A program made the position numbers and the translations under genes. From Hyaloraphidium curvatum SAG 235-1 (taxonomy: Eukaryota > Fungi > Monoblepharomycota), in the NCBI GenBank assembly GCA_025558095.1, contig JAIVFI010000013.1, forward strand, positions 695,492 through 759,491: DNA of 64,000 bases, in the 5' to 3' direction. Below are positions 58,497 through 64,000 of this stretch, one piece after another (position 1 is the stretch's first letter; each line of letters starts with the position of its first letter). Under the pieces are notes generated by a model. The model was not told the origin of the DNA, searched no databases, and saw nothing but the letters and a program-made list of their open reading frames with translations.

Positions 58497-58868
58497 ACCG
58501 GTGGCCGGTTTGTTGTCTGGGTGACCGGGCGGAGCGGCGAAGGGCTCACCAGCCCGGGCCGCAACAATTCGTCGGCAAGTCGGCTGGCCGACAGATCGAT
58601 CGCGGCGCGTCGGCACGAGGGCGGAGGCCGCGTAACGTAATGCGGATGGCAGGCATCGTAGGTCGAATCGGTGGCGCCCGGTCTGAGCTCCGGACATCAT
58701 CTCCGACCGGTGCGGGCTGGCACCCGGCACTCAGCCCCCGTCCGATCTTGTCCGATCTTCGGCCCAGATCACGACGACGTTCACCGAGCCACATGCCATC
58801 AGGTTCATTCACCAGCCTCCGCACAATCCCGCCCCACATCCGCCCCCCTCCGCCCCCCGCCGCCGCGT

Positions 58869-61139
58869 TCACGTGATCCACCCCCTGAAGTCCCTCTCCC
58901 CCCGCACCGCCGTCCGCGCGAACCGCACCACGGGAAGCTCCTCCCCGCCCGGCTCCTCCTCCGGCGGTTCGGCGGCGGCCGGCACCGCGGGCTCGACGTC
59001 GGGGAGCGGCTCGAGCTGCGGGAGCGAGTTTGCGCGGAGGCCGAGGGACTCCATCTTCGCGCGGAAGTCGCGCGCGATCCTCCCGCCTGACCCCGCGACC
59101 GCGGACAATCAGTCATCCACACCCACGCGCGCACACGGAGTAAACGCACCGAGGAGGGGGTACACCGACCCCGTCGCCTCGAGCGCCTCCAGCACCACCC
59201 CCGCGTCCCGCTCGTACCCCAGCTCCCGCGCCGCCTCCCCCGCCGCGCCGCACCCCGCGAGCAGCAGGTATCCCACCCGCAGCGCGGTGAAAAACACCGT
59301 CAGCTGGCCCCACCGCATCCCCCTGTCCCGCAGGAGGCCCTCCAGGATGCGGACGGTGCCGATGGCGCCTTCGAGGACGTCCAGGAAGCCGCGCGAGGCG
59401 AAGAGCGCGGGCGCGGCGGTGCCGGGGTCGCCGTCGACGAACAGTTCCAGCGAGTAGGAGGAGATCTGGGCCAGCGCGGTGAGGAGGCAGTGCGCGTAGC
59501 CCCGGTCGGAAAAGTGGCGCGGCCAGGCGGCGAGGAAGGGGGCGGGGTCCCCGCGGGCGAGGGCGGGGCCCACGGTGGCGGGCATGCCGGCGTACACGGC
59601 GGCGGTGACCGAGGCGACGAGGGCCACCTGCCGGCGGTACTCGCGCTCGGCGGGGGTGTCGTCCGCGGGGTCCTGCGAGAGCAGCGCGAGGGGGTGGACG
59701 TTCTGGCTGGCCGCGAACGCCTTGCTCCGCGCGCGGAGGGCGCGGAGGGACGAGTTGAGGAGGTGCAGGGAGGAGTAGGAGGCGCCGTGGGAGAAGATGG
59801 CCGAGACGAGCCGCGAGACGTGCGCGGCGCGGGCGGGCTCGGGGGTCTGCTGCGACGCGATGAGGTGGAAGTCGATCAGGAACGGCTCGTCCGAGGTTCG
59901 GGGGAGCAGGGCAAAGGCCGACTCGGGCGACTCCATGTCGAAGAACATCTCGTGGCACGGGTAGGACACCTTGTACCGAAAGTACGGGTGCAGCAGGTTG
60001 CGCCCCGCCAGGAACGCCGACATGACGTCCGAAACCACCGTGCCGATCCACATGCGGAGCTTCATCTCGGTCAGGATCCACTCCTCGGGCGAGGCCGGGT
60101 GCCGCGCCAGCCCGACCACGCCGCGGTTGGCGGGGTCCACGCAGAAGGACGAGGCGAGCTCGACGAGCCAGACCAGCAGCGGCGCAGCTTGCTGCGCGTA
60201 GCCGGCGGGGGAAAGGTAGCTGTAGATGAAGAAGAGCGACTGCATGGCCTCGAGGGTGGAGAGGGCCGGCGCCAGGTGGTCCGAGGACCGGTCGCGGCCG
60301 ACGAAGCCGGCGACGATGAGGTCGCGCGCCTGGGCGCAGTAGTGCAGCCCGTACCGCACGCGCTGCTGGTCCGATGTGCCCGGCAGGAGGGCGAAGCGCG
60401 TGCCGTGGGCCGCCAGCGCGTACATGAGCGCCAGCGGCGGGCGCGGGCCGTAGAGCGTGGCGCGGTCGGGCAGGAACGACGACTCGAAGGTCGGGCGGTG
60501 GACGTAGGGGTTGGACCGCCGGTAGACGGCCCAGTAGGCTGCCAGCGACGCGAACAGGATCGAGTCGCCTGGCGAGTCAGGCGTGCGGAGGGCGAGCTGC
60601 GGGCCCGACGGCGAGCGCGGGGTCGGCGGCAGCAGGGGCGAGGCGGGCGGCCAGGCGGCGGCGTGCCACGCGGGGTGCTGCGGGAGGGCGCTGGGGAGGG
60701 CGTTCGGGGGGAGGCGGGCCAGCTGCCCCGGCGGGTGCTGTGCGTGCTGCCCGGCGTACGCGGCGTCGAGCGGCCACACGGCGTCGGCGGGAAAGGCGCC
60801 CAGTGCCGCGGGTGCGGTGCCGCGGGCGGCATCGGGGCGGCGGTCGTCGCGGCGGGCGGGCGGCGGCGGCGAGGGCGGCGGCGACGGCGACGCCGACGAG
60901 TCCGAGTGCGTCCGCCGCGGCCGGCGCCGCTTCCGCGGCTCGCCCTGCCGCGCGGCCGGCTCGCGCGGGCGGCACTCGAGCGCGAGCCGCGCGCACCGGC
61001 CGCACACCGCCGCGCCGTCCTCGAAGGTGCACTTGGTCTTGGCCGCCGAGCACGCGGCGCTGCGGGGCTGAGGTCAGCGTGGGCTCGCCCCGTCGCGGCG
61101 GGACGCTCACCAGCTCGGCCGCGGCCGCGGCTCGTCCAT
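58869..61139 (-). CDS. Zn2Cys6 fungal transcription factor
   Basis: MDEPRPRPSC|AACSAAKTKCTFEDGAAVCGRCARLALEC (intron ~61060-61110), then a fungal-specific middle region YVHRPTF...YPCHEMFF. Confidence 0.9.
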
Positions 61140-62115
61140 GGTGCCGCCTTTGCGCGAGGGACGGGGACGGCGCTGCCGCGCGGGGCCCCGGCCCTTGCGC
61201 ACCCGCCACCCGACGCCGCTGGGATAAACCCGCCCACGTCCCCGGCACGAATCCGGCATGTCCGGCAGGCGATCGTGGTTCCGGAGACGTCCTTGATGGC
61301 GCCTGCACGATCCCCGCTCCGCGGCGCCCCCAGAGGGCTAAAGACAGTGGCCGACGCTTCCCGCCGCGCGAGCCACCTAAAAGGCCCCGCTAGCCCGAAC
61401 CCGGATGCGCGGCATCCGGGCCCGAAGGCGGCCGGCCGGCAATCACAGTTGCGGTCCGCCCTCGACGGAGCGCCGCAGATCGACGTCGTGCCGGCAGAGC
61501 CGCTCCCGGTCCGCTGGCGCAGAGCCACCGCAGGGACGCCGCCGCCGGGAGGCGGAACCACCCGACCGGACCCTGCGGCGGGAAGGGCGTCCGTGGGGAA
61601 TTGCAAACGCGGAAACCCGTTATGTCCATGTGCCGGACTCTACATGCGCCGGATTCGGTCGGCGAGGAGCCTCCGCGGGAGTGCGGGAGCGGGGATCCCG
61701 GGTTGGATGCCGCCCGCGCCCGGCGCGCCTCCCATAGGCCGCCGGATGTTCAAAGATGCGAATCCCAGCCCCGCAAACTACGTTGGCACCCGCAAATGAT
61801 GGAGATGGGTGGGGAATCCGGCGCAGGAGGAGCGCACCCGTCACGCCCATGGCCGGCGCTGGGAAGCGTCCGCACCCATCACCTCGGTGACCCCGATTGA
61901 GGGAAGACTAGGCGCAGTGCTGTGTAGTGACTCCTCAACGTCGTCAACACAGGTCTACACGGAGCTTCCGCGCCCCGTCGTGACAGTTTGACGACGTTCC
62001 CACCTTTGTTTCCGTATTTCCGGGTCTCCGCCTCGCCCTTGCGAAGGTACAGGACGTCTGACATTCGGACAAGGGTATTTTCATTTTCGGTTCGGAGGCG
62101 TGGAGGCGTCGGTCC

Positions 62116-62173
62116 TCGCGATCGACTCGTGATCGACTCGTGATCGACTCGCGAGCGACTCGCAAGTGACTCG
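62116..62173 (+). repeat. Subtelomeric 11-bp tandem repeat (ATCGACTCGTG) x ~5, degenerating
   Basis: atcgactcgtg atcgactcgtg atcgactcgcg agcgactcgca agtgactcg; a TATATAAA follows at ~62194. Confidence 0.8.
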
Positions 62174-62447
62174 GCACAGCCACCCTCCTGGGATATATAA
62201 AGAGCGGGACATGTAACAGTACAATCTTGATGGCCAGTTGACTCTACGTGCTCTCCGTGTCGCTCGACCACCGTGCGGAACCCCGCACGGCCGGATCCTC
62301 GTTCTGAGAGCCCTTGGGACGCACCCCGGCCGTGCTGGAGCGGGTGCGCGCGGCCGGTGCGGCCCACAACATCCGCGTCGCTGGCTTCCCGCCTCACGAG
62401 GCCGACCCCGAGGTGCATGCCACGGCGTCGGCCCCGGGCTCGCCTGA

Positions 62448-63850
62448 GCTCGCTCGTGCGGCCTCAAGGTGGTAGGTGCCCCGGTCGGCACCCCTGCCTA
62501 TGTGGAGTCGTTCCTCGCGGCCAAGATCGACTCCATTGCCGCTCTTCTCGATGAAATCGAGCGCGCTGCGCTCGGCTACGCCATGCCGGCCGACATCCCC
62601 TCCCTCCAGGGCCTGTACTCCCTCCTCCGTCTCTGTGTGACCCAGCTCTTCTCGTTTTGGCTCCGCATTCTCCCCCCCTCGGTTACCCAACCCTTTGCTC
62701 GACGTCTTGACAACGCGCTTTTCACCACCTTCTTGCGCTTGCTGGGAGATCGGGCCGAGGATCTGGATCCGCTGTCGGACTGTGCGGGAGCAGGTATTCT
62801 TGGGTCTGCACTACTCGGGGATGGGGCTTCTGTCATCGGAGAAGGTGGCCTCGGCGGCTTACCTGTCTTCACTCAACCTCACGGCGGGCCCCTTGGACGC
62901 CATGCTTGGTCTTCGAACCTCGGCCCGGGGTGTGGGCGTGGAGCACGTGCGGGAACTGGTTCCTGTCATCGAGGCCCTCCGCCCCGCCTTTGAGCGTGTC
63001 GAGGATGACACGGCCGCAGCGTACGCCGAGGCTGCGCGTGCTGGGCAACCGGTGGGCGCCGCGCCCGCCCGCCGTACGCTCCCTGCGGACGCCAGTTTCT
63101 TCGCCCAGCCGGTCTGGCACGGCCTGCAGAGCGACCTTACGCGTCTCGAGGACCAGCGCCGCCTCGCGGCTCTGATTGCCTTGCAACCCGCCACTTCCGC
63201 TGGTCTGGAGCGCCGCAAGCGGCTCGTCCAGGCGCAGGACGGCCTGTCGGCTTTCCTGACTGCCTCTCCCGCGCTGCTTGCCAACCACATTCGCAACAAC
63301 TTTTTCCGCTTACTTGTACGCTTCCGGCTTTGCCTCCCGCTCCTGCACGAGGCCGACTACCCTGGTCTTTCCTTGCCCTGCCGGCGGGGCTGCAAGCGAT
63401 CGGCCATGTCGCTGACGGGGGAGCACGCGTTCTCGGGCTGCTATGGCCGGGATCTCTTCAGTCCTGGTCACGACGACATTTGCGCGGCCATCCGCGCGGC
63501 GCTTCGCTCCATCCCGCTCCTCCGCGTGCACCCCATGCCGCCAAACCTCCTTGCGCATGGCTACGAGACTGTCACCCCGCCCACGCCTGCGGATGCTGGC
63601 CGCCTTGGCGACGTTCTCATCACGCACCGCGAAACCCGGAAACGGTGGTTGCTCGAGATCAAGACCCTCACCTCTATGGCCCATTTGCACACGGGCCTGG
63701 TCTTCTCGGTCCCGGGCCACGCAGTCGGACGGCAGGTCGAGGCCGCCAGGAAGGACTACTCCCGTTTCGTCTTCAACGCCAACTTCTACCCTCTGATCGT
63801 GCTTGCTTTTGATTCGTACAGCGCTGTCTCTGCCACTTTCTCGCGTTTTA
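62448..63850 (+). mobile_element. 5'- and 3'-truncated, frameshifted CRE-clade (RLE) non-LTR retrotransposon
   Basis: GLKVVGAPVG (end of the RT region); LLRLC...FWLRILPP...LDNAL; QVFLGLHYSGMGL...AAYLSS; zinc knuckle CRRGC...GEHAFSGC...HDDI; RLE-like RLGDVLI...LLEIK. No YxDD. Frameshift near 62780. Confidence 0.8.
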
Positions 63851-64000
63851 GGGTTAGGGTTAGGTTAGGTTAGGTTAGGTTAGGTTAGGTTAGGTTAGGT
63901 TAGGTTAGGTTAGGTTAGGTTAGGTTAGGTTAGGTTAGGTTAGGTTAGGTTAGGTTAGGTTAGGTTAGGTTAGGTTAGGTTAGGTTAGGTAGGTTAGGTT
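63846..64000 (+). repeat. Telomeric array: TTTTAGGG, TTAGGG, then (TTAGG) x ~28
   Basis: G-rich strand runs 5'->3' to the end of the window. The pentamer array from 63860 is perfect apart from one TAGG variant. Confidence 0.92.

Noticed and set aside
61240-61300. IACRTCRIR as the Zn-cluster start of the transcription factor
   Set aside because: A complete six-Cys cluster is already formed from the ATG at 61139 with a canonical intron.
1594-61799. Many long overlapping ORFs in the six-frame track (e.g. 1594-3747 N-terminal part, 16182-18608, 43060-45090, 59490-61799)
   Set aside because: These are shadow ORFs caused by very high GC and stop-codon scarcity. They are Arg/Gly/Pro-rich, lack motifs, and lie antisense or out of frame to recognisable genes.
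62116-62173. CRISPR-like array
   Set aside because: The 11-bp repeats are contiguous with no spacers, the context is eukaryotic, and there are no cas genes.
62448-63873. Active telomere-maintaining retrotransposon or telomerase RT
   Set aside because: This copy has no RT catalytic core, carries a frameshift and is truncated at both ends. It has no TERT motifs.

Overview
This is a gene-dense, very GC-rich eukaryotic window that appears to end at a chromosome tip. The Zn2Cys6 transcription factor and short ~55-70 nt introns (GTGxGT donors, CTRAC branch sites) indicate a fungus; the sequence style suggests an early-diverging, possibly monoblepharid lineage (inference only). About 33 protein-coding genes are supportable. 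They include a MYND finger protein, two RING E3 ligases, NOT2, a P450, a Baeyer-Villiger monooxygenase, an ABCC transporter, an MFS transporter, a tandem fasciclin pair, an ABC1 kinase/beta-lactamase fusion and several intronless bacterial-like enzymes. Main highlights: (1) a tandem pair of eIF5A-fold genes that have cleanly lost the hypusine loop, paralleling HEX-1 but without a PTS1; (2) a terminal array of the 5-mer TTAGG, preceded by TTTTAGGG and TTAGGG units and joined directly into the ORF of a truncated CRE-clade (RLE) retrotransposon; (3) a second CRE relic wrapped in nested inverted repeats; (4) a candidate gustatory-receptor-like 7TM ion channel; (5) a papain homolog with Cys->Asn at the catalytic position; (6) scattered F-box and MYND gene relics. 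All family assignments come from motif recognition by eye, not database searches. Exon boundaries are manual predictions.
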